Part shown: positions 1 to 10,808 of the stretch, piece by piece
How positions within the stretch are numbered: position 1 is the stretch's first letter
How the letters are laid out: every line of letters begins with the position of its first letter
Source: Candidatus Poribacteria bacterium
GTDB taxonomy: Bacteria; Poribacteria; WGA-4E; WGA-3G
Reading direction: 5' to 3'
DNA: 64,000 nucleotides
Assembly (NCBI GenBank): GCA_964291315.2
Contig: OZ219753.1
Location: 480,001-544,000, forward strand
The notes under the pieces: generated by a model
Told to the model about the DNA's origin: nothing
The model's database searches: none
What the model saw: only the letters and a program-made list of their open reading frames with translations
Program-made: the position numbers and the translations under genes

Positions 1-482
1 ACATTATTACAAAATCAATTGAAGACCTCGGTATGAAGGTAATTAATGGTAATCGGTTAGAGAGAAGTAAAAATCTATCAACGGAACTGAGGCGAGTTAA
101 GCAAAATTTGGAGATTGATTACGGAGAATTTGGGTTGCATCTACCCGATGTCGATATAGTCGTTCACGACCCGAAAAATCAGAAAATAATCGCGCTTATT
201 TCTAGCAAGGTTACACTGCGTGAGCGAATTGCCCAGACAGGGTATTGGAAACTCAAATTGTTGGCGGATCGAACTACTGAGCATATTAAAGTCTACTTTA
301 TTACGCCTGACGAGGATGGCACTTTGACCAGTACATATGTTCCGAAAAAGGGTAGAGCTGTTGTAGAGACAGATCTTGATGGAACCTATGTCTTAACCGA
401 AGCGGACCTAGAGGAAAGCAGCAAGGTCAAACTTTTTGATCATTTCATTGAGGATTTCAAACAGCTCATAAAAGATAAATAA
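1..482 (+). CDS. BsaWI-family type II restriction endonuclease, 5'-truncated by the window edge
   Basis: The frame is open back to the window start. PDVDIVV...SSKVTLRERIAQTGYWKLKL matches the PD-(D/E)xK / K-x-x-LRER motif of BsaWI/Cfr10I-like enzymes. Confidence 0.7.
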   Translation, partial: IITKSIEDLGMKVINGNRLERSKNLSTELRRVKQNLEIDYGEFGLHLPDVDIVVHDPKNQKIIALISSKVTLRERIAQTGYWKLKLLADRTTEHIKVYFITPDEDGTLTSTYVPKKGRAVVETDLDGTYVLTEADLEESSKVKLFDHFIEDFKQLIKDK

Positions 483-489
483 TAGCATT

Positions 490-1383
490 ATGAAGATCGC
501 AAATGCTCCATGCTCATGGGGTGTGCTTGAATTTGAATTGAACGGAGAAACCCCTGACTATCTACAAGTGTTAAATGAGATGAGTGCCATCGGTTACACC
601 GGGACCGAGTTAGGCGATTGGGGCTTCATGCCGACAGACGGCGCAAAACTCCGGGCGGAACTCGCCGCGCGCCGGTTGAAAATGTTAGGCGGATTTGTAG
701 CTGTAGCACTTGCTGACCCAGAAACGCATGCAGCAGGAGAGGCAAAAGCACTGCAGCACGCTCGATTGATGGCAGAGGCCGGCGGCGAAACGCCGCTCAT
801 CGTACTATCAGACGACAACGGTACAATAGAACTGCGTACCCGCTATGCAGGACGAATCCGTCGAGAACACGGGTTGACACCAAAACGGTGGGATACTTTT
901 ATACAAGGAGCACATCGTATTGCACAATCAGTCCGAGACGAGACAGGACTCCGCACCGTTTTCCATCCACATTGTGCAGGGTATATAGAGACCCCAGAAG
1001 AGATTGACACATTGATGCAGTGCACCGACTCGGACCTCATCGGATTGTGCTTTGATACAGGGCATTACCGATTCGGCGGAGGTCAACCAGTTGAGGCTTA
1101 TGCACATCATGCAGATCGAATCTGGCACGTCCATCTCAAGGATTGCGACCCTGAAATCGCTGCCCGTTCTCGCATCGAAGAATGGGATTATTTTGAATCT
1201 GTCAGCAACGGCATTTTTTGTGAGTTAGGTAAAGGCGACATTGATTTTCCAGCGTTTATCACAGAATTACAAAAACGAAACTACGAGGGTTGGGTCGTCG
1301 TAGAGCAAGACGTTTTGCCTAGTATGGGCAGTCCTTATGAGAGCGCTAGGCGGAATCTGCAGTATCTAAATTCCGTAATCTAA
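490..1383 (+). CDS. iolE: Inosose dehydratase-like TIM-barrel sugar isomerase (IolE family)
   Basis: N-terminal NAPCSWG, plus FHPHCAGYIET, CFDTGH, HVHLKD and VVEQD metal-binding motifs. Confidence 0.7.
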   Translation: MKIANAPCSWGVLEFELNGETPDYLQVLNEMSAIGYTGTELGDWGFMPTDGAKLRAELAARRLKMLGGFVAVALADPETHAAGEAKALQHARLMAEAGGETPLIVLSDDNGTIELRTRYAGRIRREHGLTPKRWDTFIQGAHRIAQSVRDETGLRTVFHPHCAGYIETPEEIDTLMQCTDSDLIGLCFDTGHYRFGGGQPVEAYAHHADRIWHVHLKDCDPEIAARSRIEEWDYFESVSNGIFCELGKGDIDFPAFITELQKRNYEGWVVVEQDVLPSMGSPYESARRNLQYLNSVI

Positions 1384-1390
1384 AATGTTT

Positions 1391-2593
1391 CTATAGCCTA
1401 TCGACCGTATACGCTTCCAGCAACGCTTCGTCCAAATCCACGCCGAACCCCGGCGTACCGCTCACGGTGAAGAAACCGTCACAAGGTGCTGGTCGTAGAA
1501 GACGATATAGCTCATTTTCAACGCCGTCGCGAGAGGGACCAAAAGTCTCTGCCATACACGGTATTGGAAGACATGCCGTAAGATGCAGACCCCATGGTGT
1601 TCCTGCTTGGTGGAGCCACGTCGGAATGTCTTGTACAGCAGCCTCATGAGCAATACGCAAACATTCGGTAAAACCGCCTGCCCAACTGATGTCCGGTTGA
1701 ATCATATCTGCGGCCTCCCAACGCAGCAATTCGCGGAACCCGTATCGCGTAAACTCATGTTCGCCAGAAACAATCCAGGTCGGCTGAATATCGCGTACTA
1801 ATTGTGCCATACCTGCATAGTCGTCAACAGGGACCGGTTCCTCTATCCATTTGAGCCGCACATCCGCTGCCGCCTCAGCAAAACGGAGGGTATAGTCTGC
1901 ATCCCAACGAAGATAGACATCTGTCATTAACTCTGTATCCGGTCCAATAGCATCGCGGGCAGTGTGTATCATTTCCACATTTTCAGCGAACCCGTCTTCA
2001 CCTTCAGCGAGACCGTTCCGTAAAGGCAGCTTACAAGCAAGAAAACCATTTTCTGCGTAGTAACCTACGTCCGCACCGGTGGCGTAAGCAGGAATCTTAA
2101 GGATAGGGGTATCTGTAATTAGGCCATAGACAGGGACATCCACAATCTTTCCACATAGGTCAACAAGCGCGAGCTCTATACCGCTTAAGGCATAAATCAC
2201 CACACCGCGTCTCCCGTAAATGGAAGTGATGTGATAGAGATAATCCCAAATCTCTTCAACATCAAGCGGGTCGCGTCCATGAACAAATTGTTGGAGATGT
2301 CTTTCAATAATCAAAGCACTAGCAAGTCCACCCCCGCCAAGCCCGTACCCTTTTAATCCTTTGTCAGTGGTTACTTCAACAACTAACGCCCCAGCTTGTG
2401 CAGCGAAGGGACCTCGCCAATCGACGTGACCTATCTGGGAAGTCGACTTCTGCCATTGCCCTTTTGCGAATCCTAAGCTCGGCATCGCTTGAGGGTTCAG
2501 ATTGACGTGCCATGTGCGAACTCCAGCAACAGCGTGTCGAGTTTTTGCACGCGTTTTCCACTCGGATGCCAGCCGGTATTCCTTCGGCTGCAT
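1391..2593 (-). CDS. Mandelate racemase/enolase-superfamily acid-sugar dehydratase (L-rhamnonate dehydratase-like)
   Basis: YGRRG, ALVDLCGK, MTD, WIEEP, GEHEFTRYGF and QPDISWAGG motifs. Confidence 0.75.
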   Translation of the reverse strand: MQPKEYRLASEWKTRAKTRHAVAGVRTWHVNLNPQAMPSLGFAKGQWQKSTSQIGHVDWRGPFAAQAGALVVEVTTDKGLKGYGLGGGGLASALIIERHLQQFVHGRDPLDVEEIWDYLYHITSIYGRRGVVIYALSGIELALVDLCGKIVDVPVYGLITDTPILKIPAYATGADVGYYAENGFLACKLPLRNGLAEGEDGFAENVEMIHTARDAIGPDTELMTDVYLRWDADYTLRFAEAAADVRLKWIEEPVPVDDYAGMAQLVRDIQPTWIVSGEHEFTRYGFRELLRWEAADMIQPDISWAGGFTECLRIAHEAAVQDIPTWLHQAGTPWGLHLTACLPIPCMAETFGPSRDGVENELYRLLRPAPCDGFFTVSGTPGFGVDLDEALLEAYTVDRL

Positions 2594-2823
2594 AACATTT
2601 CTCCTTTACGAAAGACTATAGACACACAGAGGAACTCCAAAATTCTAGGATTTAGACGATATGAGTGCCACTTTACCCATACAACGTGAGATCAATAAAG
2701 TGTTGCTATAATTTAGGTTTTGACACCAACAAAATGTGTCAGTCAGGCTGAATATATTAAAGCATAGATTGACTTTACCTAAATGACAGCTCTGACAGTT
2801 ACCATTTTAACCGCGGCCAAAGG

Positions 2824-4854
2824 TCATGAGGGGAGGGCAAAATAACCGATCCCTGTGAAAAAGCCGACGATCATCCATACTCCAACCATCACGTACTCTC
2901 CAAAAATCAGACCGAACGCTACAGGACGTATCTTCCGATACGCCGAAGCACCACCGAACTTAAGTGCCATGTACTTGATGAACCATCCGATCAGAATCGA
3001 CGACCAGAGATGAAACGGCGGATATGTCGCTCCGAGCAGATAACCGATCGGGTGCAGCGACCACCAGACAAAGTTCTGGCGCATCCAGAGCATGAAACCT
3101 GTAAATCCTGCTCCTGCAATCATGCTGTATACCTCGTCCCACTTCGTCTCAATAGGGAATTGGATGAGACTGCTCATTCGTTGAAAATAGTTACGAGGCG
3201 CTGCGACAAAAGCCCAGTTCTGTAAAAATAGAGCCCCTTTGTCGTAGATCAACGTTAGCGATGCATAAACAGATACCAAAGCCGCGACGACAATTGAGAT
3301 ACCTAAGATTGGAACGAGCTTCCGCCGAGCTAGTCGCACCTCATCTGCTGCCTTAAAACTGTGGAGGAAGTTCGGCATCATACATTCACCCCAATCCCGT
3401 AAGAACGTGCGTTGGAAGCTTAATATAGCAAGACTCTTATGCCCTAAAGCATTGGAACCCAAGGTAATATCGATATACTCCGATGGAAAGAAGGGGGCCT
3501 GCACAAGCAACAGGCCTCCGTTGACAATCATCCACGTTAGTACAATAGACGTGATAAAAATAGAGAGGAGTGTGACTAAGGCAACCCATGTCGTTATACC
3601 AGCAAGAACTAAAAATATAATAAGTGTGATGAGGCCCAAAAAAAAACCAAGCAGCGCGACCCGATACGAGATCGGTTCATTTGAGTCGTCTATGCTTTGT
3701 TTGCTGGAAATCATGGAACTTGTCTTTGCGCGTTCCATACCGAATGTCTTTCTGAAGATTGTAGCGAGATGTTCACGCCCCACCCAGAAAACTGCAGGTA
3801 CAAAGACGAGATATCCGCCCATCACTTGACGACTGCAGCTAATCCATGGACCGATGCTCAGACCGATCACATTCATGATAATATATTGGAATTTGAAAAA
3901 GAGATAGAAGAACCAGAGACTGAATGAGACCTCAAGCGTCAGTAAGGATGCGATCCCAATAACTGAAAAATAGATGACGAATCGCATCGCGGGCCACCAT
4001 CCAAGTGTATGCCACGGTTTTTCTGTGAAAACGGTGTAGATATTATAAATCAGCGGAATCTCCGGCATTTTCGGAAAATGCGCGTGTAATCCGTTGATGA
4101 GATGCAACACAACTGGAAGCGCCATCCCGGCCCAAAGCAGCCTGCTTTTGAAAAAAGAGTTAAGAAGGTTGCCGCGCTCAGGTTCCGCAGCGAGTTGTAC
4201 CGGAATCTGGATTAACGGAAATGAAAACCTTTCTCGTTCTACCCACTGCTTTCGCAGGATCACCGAAAGGCAGAGCGTCGTAAAATAGAAAACAAGAACG
4301 AAAAGCCCCCAGATAAGCAGTGGTTCCAGCCAGACCGTCCACGGAACTCCTTCTGCAGGACCGATACCTTCATAGAAGTCTGTTATAGCTTGAGGCTCCG
4401 TAACAACAAGCCATTCTGGAACATGTGGGTGGAGGGTTTCTGACCAGTCATTTTCGGGAGTCGCGAAGTAGTGCACCGCAACAAGCGATGGAAGCAGAAA
4501 CTGCAGCAAACCCATTGACGGGATCCCAACCGCAACAATTAACATAATCCAGATAACGGTTAATTCAAGGGCAGAGAAAACGAAACGGCCGTTCCGCATC
4601 AACTTACGCAACGGCACATTGACGAGAAATATCAGAAGAAGGATTCCGAAGATTGAGCCTACTGGCAGGTGATTCCCTGCAATCTTGGAATTTTGTAGGT
4701 AGTAATTATTGTAGGGCGTAACTGCACACATCGCTGCAACTAACAGCAGCCCTACGAGGATAGCACGGAGTCGAATTTTTTGGCGGGTTGTGTCGTCAAA
4801 ACTGTTAGCAACCGAGTGTGTACCTACCTTCCGTTCCGATGTTTGTTGCTCCAA
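2824..4854 (-). CDS. Polytopic membrane protein, DUF6785/DUF6784-like putative transporter
   Basis: Many hydrophobic helices. RKQWVERERFSFPL, WWSLHPIGY and GWFIK...FGG motifs are typical of this family. Confidence 0.65.
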   Translation of the reverse strand: MEQQTSERKVGTHSVANSFDDTTRQKIRLRAILVGLLLVAAMCAVTPYNNYYLQNSKIAGNHLPVGSIFGILLLIFLVNVPLRKLMRNGRFVFSALELTVIWIMLIVAVGIPSMGLLQFLLPSLVAVHYFATPENDWSETLHPHVPEWLVVTEPQAITDFYEGIGPAEGVPWTVWLEPLLIWGLFVLVFYFTTLCLSVILRKQWVERERFSFPLIQIPVQLAAEPERGNLLNSFFKSRLLWAGMALPVVLHLINGLHAHFPKMPEIPLIYNIYTVFTEKPWHTLGWWPAMRFVIYFSVIGIASLLTLEVSFSLWFFYLFFKFQYIIMNVIGLSIGPWISCSRQVMGGYLVFVPAVFWVGREHLATIFRKTFGMERAKTSSMISSKQSIDDSNEPISYRVALLGFFLGLITLIIFLVLAGITTWVALVTLLSIFITSIVLTWMIVNGGLLLVQAPFFPSEYIDITLGSNALGHKSLAILSFQRTFLRDWGECMMPNFLHSFKAADEVRLARRKLVPILGISIVVAALVSVYASLTLIYDKGALFLQNWAFVAAPRNYFQRMSSLIQFPIETKWDEVYSMIAGAGFTGFMLWMRQNFVWWSLHPIGYLLGATYPPFHLWSSILIGWFIKYMALKFGGASAYRKIRPVAFGLIFGEYVMVGVWMIVGFFTGIGYFALPS

Positions 4855-4873
4855 AGTTTTGCTCCTACGTACG

Positions 4874-6334
4874 TCAGCCTTCTTCTCTTACTGAAGGGCG
4901 ATAGAGACATAGCTCCGCATCAACCACGCGACCATCAGGTAATGTGTATTGGTTCGGTGTGCCTTTACCCCATGGTTCTTTAAAGTCCCGGCTTCGTACT
5001 ACGTCTGATGCTTTCTGCTCTGCAGCGGATTCCCATGAGAAACCACCCATGAGCTGCTCATGCAGAGACATCTCTAAGTCCCGATATACTGACTGCCCGG
5101 CGAGGTTCTCGAATTCACCTGGATCTGCCTCTAAATCGAAGAGAATAGATTCATCCTCAGGAAAAGCAACATACTTATAACGAGGCGTTCTAAGCATGCG
5201 CATCGGTCCCGTGGTCTGATTTGACCAGTACTCAGTGATCGCGGTGTCGCGCCAACCCTCCGCATCGCCAGACATAAGACGCGTCAGGTCCGAACCATCT
5301 AAACCTTCAGGTGTAGGGACACCTGCTCTGGCACACAGTGTTGGAAAGAGATCGTTCAATTCGACAGGGGCCGTCACTCGTGTACCGTGTGATTGCTGTA
5401 AACTTCTATCCCACACAATTAACGGCACCCGTGCTGATGCCTCATAGTAGCTCGACTTCCACCACTGCCCATGTTCGCCTGCCATTTCACCATGGTCTGT
5501 TGTATAGACAATAATTGTATTATCTAATAAACCATCGCGCTCCAAAAGGGCAAGCAAGTCACCAACAATTTCATCTAAGAATTCACAACAAGCGTAATAC
5601 GCTGCTCGTGCTTTACGGGTTTCTTCCGGCGGGATCTCCGCTGTTTTGAAGTTATCGCGTAAGCCTTGCGCATACCGGTGGGTCTGGTCTAAATGCCCCG
5701 GCGGAATGTGTGGCATATCTACATTGTCGGGCCAATACTTATCGAAAAGACGCTTAGGGGCTGTCAGCGGAAAATGCGGACGACTATAGCTCGCAAGCAA
5801 GAACCACGGTTGCTCCGTCGGTTGCGACCTTAAATATTCAAGAGTCTCCATATTAATAACGTTCTCTTGAAGGAGACTCGTTGGGATTTCTGTGACCCCT
5901 GCCAAGCGTGTCCGTTCCCGCACGCCTGATGGTGCTTTCAAGGGATCTGTCTGATGTCCAGCAGTGCCGCGCAAGTCTCCATAAGGACGGAACTGAAAAC
6001 CGTTAAGTTGTTCTTTTCCCCCGAAGTGCATCTTACCCACAAGTGCAGTCGAGTAACCGTGTTGTGCGAAATGTGCAGGCAGCGTGAGATGTTCCGGGAA
6101 AAGAATAGAACCGTTATGCCACGCCGAACAGCGATGGGCATGTTTCCCGGTGAGCATACACATCCGAGACGGTGTACACAACGGAACCTGGCAATAGGCA
6201 CTCTCAAAATAGGTGCCAGAGGCCGCCAGTCTGTTAAGATTTGGCGTTTGGACAATTGGATTGCCTTCACATCCTATGGCATGCGGACTATGTTCATCAC
6301 TCATGAGAAACAGAACGTTCGGTCTTTGAGCCAT
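4874..6334 (-). CDS. Cys-type sulfatase (choline-sulfatase-like)
   Basis: RPNVLFLMSDEH, the CTPSR formylglycine motif, GKMHF and TTDHGEM. Confidence 0.9.
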   Translation of the reverse strand: MAQRPNVLFLMSDEHSPHAIGCEGNPIVQTPNLNRLAASGTYFESAYCQVPLCTPSRMCMLTGKHAHRCSAWHNGSILFPEHLTLPAHFAQHGYSTALVGKMHFGGKEQLNGFQFRPYGDLRGTAGHQTDPLKAPSGVRERTRLAGVTEIPTSLLQENVINMETLEYLRSQPTEQPWFLLASYSRPHFPLTAPKRLFDKYWPDNVDMPHIPPGHLDQTHRYAQGLRDNFKTAEIPPEETRKARAAYYACCEFLDEIVGDLLALLERDGLLDNTIIVYTTDHGEMAGEHGQWWKSSYYEASARVPLIVWDRSLQQSHGTRVTAPVELNDLFPTLCARAGVPTPEGLDGSDLTRLMSGDAEGWRDTAITEYWSNQTTGPMRMLRTPRYKYVAFPEDESILFDLEADPGEFENLAGQSVYRDLEMSLHEQLMGGFSWESAAEQKASDVVRSRDFKEPWGKGTPNQYTLPDGRVVDAELCLYRPSVREEG

Positions 6335-6505
6335 TAATCAAAATTCTCCTCTTCACTCAACTAATCAGACATTCTCTCTACTTATTTAGTCTACACGATT
6401 TCTCACCGATATTCAAGCAGGTTTTTCAAGATGCCCCCTGCTAACGAACCGCTATCCACAGTCCTGATTCCCACGATCTGCCGCTAAATCTACCATATAT
6501 GCCCG

Positions 6506-8572
6506 TCAATGAGAGGGTTCCGCTTTGCGTTTTCCGACACCGATCGCCAAAGCTGGTAACACCGTTTCCGAAAGGTCAGCCGCATAGTCAAAAATTGCCC
6601 AACCTGAAGCCCCCAAATAACGCGACAAGTAGACTTGTTCAATAACAGCATCTGCACTTAGTAGAGAATTAGATGCAGTCGCACCGATACCAGGATAAAT
6701 CGCGACACTATGAGGCATCAAAGCGAGTTGAGCTGTTAACAACTCCGTGAAATAGCCCGTATCTTCGGTATAATTCATCGGACACACAAAGTCGACATAG
6801 CCCGCCTCCGCCCAAGCAATCCAATCCTGACCGATAGAAGTAACGCATGCCGGGTAACCACCGAAAACCGCTGCGGAAATTTTGATGTCAGGATCTGTTT
6901 CGCGCACACGTTTGCGCAATAAACGGACCAAACGCGTTATCTGTTGGCTCCGCCACTGAATATATCTATCGGCATATTTCCCAGTTTTTGGCAAAACTTC
7001 TGCGGGCCACTCTTCAACCCTCTCCCGGGTCGTATTCATGAATCTTTCGCGGCATCCTTCACAGTAGCACGCATGGCTCCCCGGATAACGGATATAATCC
7101 AAGTGAATGCCATCTATCTCGTAATTCGCTATAATCTCAAATACGATCTCCAATTCCAATTGAACATTTTTCGGATGCGACGGGCAAAGCCAATTGAGCG
7201 GTTTTCCGGTTGAGGATACTTGTGTCCGGCCGGCCTCCCGCATCCTCTCAATAAATTCTTGTGGGGCACCTTCCAGATTCCATGTAATCTTCCATACATG
7301 CACCTCTAACTCATGCTTTTGTGCTGCTGCAATGCATTGTGCAAGTTGATCCCCGTATTGTGAAAAAGTTTCGCTCTGTGGTAATAATTTACTCGGATAA
7401 TGCGCTACACCTGCCCATGCCATATTTGGAAAAATCATGTTAATCCCTGCACCCGCTAATTCTCTAGCAGATCGGTCCCAATCTCCCGGATACGCACCTA
7501 GTCCGGAATGATTCCACACCGCTCTCCCTTCCGTTTCAATACTGATGTGCGATAGGAAATAAGCTCTTGAAAACGCCGCACGGCTTGCACGGGCCATAGT
7601 TATAGCGGCACTGTAAGTTCGTGTTTCGTATGAAATGTCCGCCTGTCTCATCAGATTTTTCCCGGTTTCTAAAGCCTCTATTGCCTCTACCACGCCCTTC
7701 TGTTGAACAAACTGTTCCAGTTTCTCAAGGTCGTTTGTATGTCCGACAGTCGTTATTGCCCTTATTGCTCGTTCAGCGAGCGGGCGCCGAAATTCCGGAA
7801 CGAGATGTGCTAGGATTGCTCCAAGGAGCTGGGTTTTGGTGTGGATGTCGTCCGGCAGGAAAACGTGACTGAAGAAAACGCCCGCCTCGTTCATAAAAAG
7901 AGCAGGTAAACCGGTCGGTTTTCCAGTCGCATCGTGCCAGTAACCAATGATTTTTGTTCCAGCAGTCGTCGGTTCTGCCACGGTTATGTTCCAGGATGCT
8001 TGTTTGACAGATGGCGGCATGTCAGGTATTTCAGGGGCATTCAGTTGAATACTAGAAAAACGTCCAGGCGGGTCGTCTTTTAGCCAATCCGTTTGGCGCA
8101 GACCGAGAAGCGGCGCTACTGCGTTTGGGAGGTTGTAAGTTACGAAAAGCTTGCCCCCGTCTTTAACGAAGTCCTTCAAAAATGCCGCCGTTTGTGAGGT
8201 TATGCTCGGATTTAATGGAAGAATAATTAACCGACGCGATTTTAATTTTGCTTTAGAAAGCGATTCCTCTTCAAGCATGTCAGCGGGAAGCCCGATACTA
8301 TTAAGCATCTGATTGAACCGCTTGCTGACAGAACGAACGTATTGAACATCACCTGGCGACGCTCCGGATGTACCTGTGGGCAAGACAATCGCGATTTCTG
8401 ACTGCTGTGCTGACACAAAGCTGTATCCGTTAGTAACTGAGAGCAGCACACCTGCAAGGAAGATGATCCGGATGACTCCTTGCTTCTTATGCTTTGCAGA
8501 AAATCGTGGTCTCGAAACACTCTTTACTTTCTTTGATCGATTTTGATTTGCAAGCTCGGCCGAAAGCATCAC
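6506..8572 (-). CDS. GHL10/DUF187-like glycoside hydrolase with an N-terminal GATase-like domain
   Basis: EGRAVW, EVHVW, WLCPSHP, IDGIHLDYIRYP, QDW..W and VDFVCPMNY. The true start may lie downstream of the one called. Confidence 0.7.
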   Translation of the reverse strand: MMLSAELANQNRSKKVKSVSRPRFSAKHKKQGVIRIIFLAGVLLSVTNGYSFVSAQQSEIAIVLPTGTSGASPGDVQYVRSVSKRFNQMLNSIGLPADMLEEESLSKAKLKSRRLIILPLNPSITSQTAAFLKDFVKDGGKLFVTYNLPNAVAPLLGLRQTDWLKDDPPGRFSSIQLNAPEIPDMPPSVKQASWNITVAEPTTAGTKIIGYWHDATGKPTGLPALFMNEAGVFFSHVFLPDDIHTKTQLLGAILAHLVPEFRRPLAERAIRAITTVGHTNDLEKLEQFVQQKGVVEAIEALETGKNLMRQADISYETRTYSAAITMARASRAAFSRAYFLSHISIETEGRAVWNHSGLGAYPGDWDRSARELAGAGINMIFPNMAWAGVAHYPSKLLPQSETFSQYGDQLAQCIAAAQKHELEVHVWKITWNLEGAPQEFIERMREAGRTQVSSTGKPLNWLCPSHPKNVQLELEIVFEIIANYEIDGIHLDYIRYPGSHACYCEGCRERFMNTTRERVEEWPAEVLPKTGKYADRYIQWRSQQITRLVRLLRKRVRETDPDIKISAAVFGGYPACVTSIGQDWIAWAEAGYVDFVCPMNYTEDTGYFTELLTAQLALMPHSVAIYPGIGATASNSLLSADAVIEQVYLSRYLGASGWAIFDYAADLSETVLPALAIGVGKRKAEPSH

Positions 8573-9996
8573 TGATCCTCCCCAAGACTTTTAGCAACAA
8601 TCTTTGGACTTTGAGATTTCGCAAACGGAGTCTCACTTGTCTTTTGCAGGAAACTATCAACACCTTCAGCTATAGCGGTGGCTATTTTATGTTGATACGC
8701 CGGAGTCGCAAGCTTCCGTGCCTCTGTCGGGTTCGACACAAATCCTGCTTCAACGAGAATAGAAGGTACGTTTGTCCCAATCAAGACCACAAAGCGAGCA
8801 TACTTGACCCCGCGATCGACGGCGCCCGTTGCCTGGACCAGTCTGTGCTGTACCTCTGTTGCCAAACGTTTGCTGTCCTCGCTCTTGCTCTCTTGTATTA
8901 GACCCTTTAGCAAAGATTCGAGCTCTTGGATGCTGTAGCCGGAGTTTGCATTTTCCCGCGCTGCAATCTGTTCCGAGATTTCATCTGTACTGCTAACATT
9001 CAGATAGTAGGTCTCTATACCCTCTGTTTGCGGGCTTTTGCTACCATTCGCATGGATGCTCAGAAAAAGGTCCGCCTTGTGTCGCGTTGCAAATTTAGTA
9101 CGATCTTTGAGTGAAATGAAACGGTTATTCTCTCGCGTCATCAGTACAGTGTACCCTCTCGACATTAATATCTGGCGGAGTTTTTCCGATATATTCAGAA
9201 CAATGCTTTTTTCTTGTAGCGTACCACTCCCCACAGCACCTGGATCTTGACCACCGTGCCCCGGATCAATAACAATTGTCTTCGCGATCAATCCAAACTC
9301 TCGTGTCAGCGATCCAGGGTTTAATACTTCTTTACCTAGTGTCGATACCGGGCGTTTCGATGGTGTACCTGTTTTTCCACGTTTTTCACCGGCTAATAGT
9401 GGCTGTTTTTGTTGCAGAGCTTGCAGCTCCGCGGAAGCAGCTGCAACAATTTCGGGATCTGTCGAAAAACTAACGAGGTCTTTGTAAAACGCCTCCGCGC
9501 GCGTCCGATAGCCTTGTCTCGTGTATAGACGTGCCAATTCTAATTGCGCAGGTTCCAATAATTTAGAATCCGCATAACGGTTCTCCACAATTTGGTACTG
9601 TGTGATGGCTTGATAATCCTGATTGACATACGCATAGCAGCGACCTAGCCAATAATGAGCATGTGGTACATATGGCGAATTCGGATAGGTACGCACCAGT
9701 GTTTGGAAGGCTTCAATCGCTTCCTGTGGAGCTCTGGTGTCGCCGGTCGTAATGCTCCACATCCAACTTGAAGCAACCGCATATTGTGCATCATCCGCGA
9801 ATGGACCTCGAGGATCTGTACTAATAACGTGCTGGAACTCTGAAACAAGCTCACGCCACTCCTCAGCAGTTGTATCTTCTTCACCACTTGCATATGCATA
9901 GTGGCGCAATGCCGCCTCTTTATAACCTGATAAACTCGTACACCCTGACAATACTGCCAGAAAAACTATCAATAAACAAGAACAATATATTTTCAC
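8569..9996 (-). CDS. Lipoprotein N-acetylmuramoyl-L-alanine amidase (Amidase_3) with an N-terminal BamD-like TPR region
   Basis: Lipobox LSGC, TPR-like helices (ADDAQY, YPNSPY, AHYWLG), and IDPGHGG, SIHAN and LVEAGFVSN. Confidence 0.85.
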   Translation of the reverse strand: MKIYCSCLLIVFLAVLSGCTSLSGYKEAALRHYAYASGEEDTTAEEWRELVSEFQHVISTDPRGPFADDAQYAVASSWMWSITTGDTRAPQEAIEAFQTLVRTYPNSPYVPHAHYWLGRCYAYVNQDYQAITQYQIVENRYADSKLLEPAQLELARLYTRQGYRTRAEAFYKDLVSFSTDPEIVAAASAELQALQQKQPLLAGEKRGKTGTPSKRPVSTLGKEVLNPGSLTREFGLIAKTIVIDPGHGGQDPGAVGSGTLQEKSIVLNISEKLRQILMSRGYTVLMTRENNRFISLKDRTKFATRHKADLFLSIHANGSKSPQTEGIETYYLNVSSTDEISEQIAARENANSGYSIQELESLLKGLIQESKSEDSKRLATEVQHRLVQATGAVDRGVKYARFVVLIGTNVPSILVEAGFVSNPTEARKLATPAYQHKIATAIAEGVDSFLQKTSETPFAKSQSPKIVAKSLGEDQ

Positions 9997-10234
9997 GTTT
10001 TCCCTCTCCTCTCATGTTCATCATATTTTTTGCCCCTTATTTTATCTACCTTAAAATAAAACGGACTTTTCCATTTTCCGTTACTAAATTGTGCTATTAC
10101 GTCCCGATTTATTTTCGGCTTTGGCACTGGTATCCCCCTTGTTCTCTTATAATCCATGCTAAATTTTTGTTTGTACTCGCAATTCTTAAGAGTGATACAA
10201 TTCAGCAGAAGGCTCTGGCTTTTTTTGAAAAAAG

Positions 10235-10263
10235 TTGACAAAGAACTAAAATAGGGGTATAAT
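10235..10263 (+). promoter_or_regulatory. Consensus sigma70 promoter
   Basis: TTGACA (10235-10240), a 17-nt spacer, then TATAAT (10258-10263). Confidence 0.75.
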
Positions 10264-10433
10264 TAATTTGATAGAACATCGAAATAGATGTAAAATTAAT
10301 ATTGTATTAAAACGCGGGCTTGATAATTATTGAGAGGTTCTTTGTTGGCTAGGGAGCTTTTGCATAGTCGAACGGCTTATACTGCAAGCGTTGCAGAGGC
10401 ATAGGTAGCGAAAAATATTCGCGAGAGGAGTCT

Positions 10434-10808
10434 GTGATGAAAAAGGTATTTATAATCTGTGTGTTCTTTTTTGTGCTTGCCTCGCCTGTGTTCTGTGAGT
10501 TAACGGATGCCGATCTGGATAAGATCCGGTTGATCATCAACGCGGAGCTGAAGCCGATAAGAGCCGACATCTTGACCCTAAAGACTCAAGTCGCTGTCCT
10601 CAATGGACGCATCGACGGTGTAGAAGCGCGCATCGAAGGTATAGAAAAAATGATGACGTGGTTGATGGTAATAATAGGGGTCGTCATTGGGCTGCCACAG
10701 GTGATAATGATGTGGCGCATTAGAAAAGAACGCATCTTCGAAAATCGGATTGAGGCACTCGCAGCAGATATCGAGATCCTCAAGCAACAACGGATCGTCC
10801 AACCATAA
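10434..10808 (+). CDS. Small exported coiled-coil protein with a C-terminal transmembrane helix
   Basis: GAGGAG RBS, signal peptide, heptad region, then a hydrophobic WLMVIIGVVIGLP segment. Confidence 0.7.
   Translation: MMKKVFIICVFFFVLASPVFCELTDADLDKIRLIINAELKPIRADILTLKTQVAVLNGRIDGVEARIEGIEKMMTWLMVIIGVVIGLPQVIMMWRIRKERIFENRIEALAADIEILKQQRIVQP

Noticed and set aside
9993-10241. 82-aa minus-strand ORF upstream of the amidase
   Set aside because: It lies in AT-rich divergent-promoter DNA, overlaps a -35 box and has no recognisable motif.
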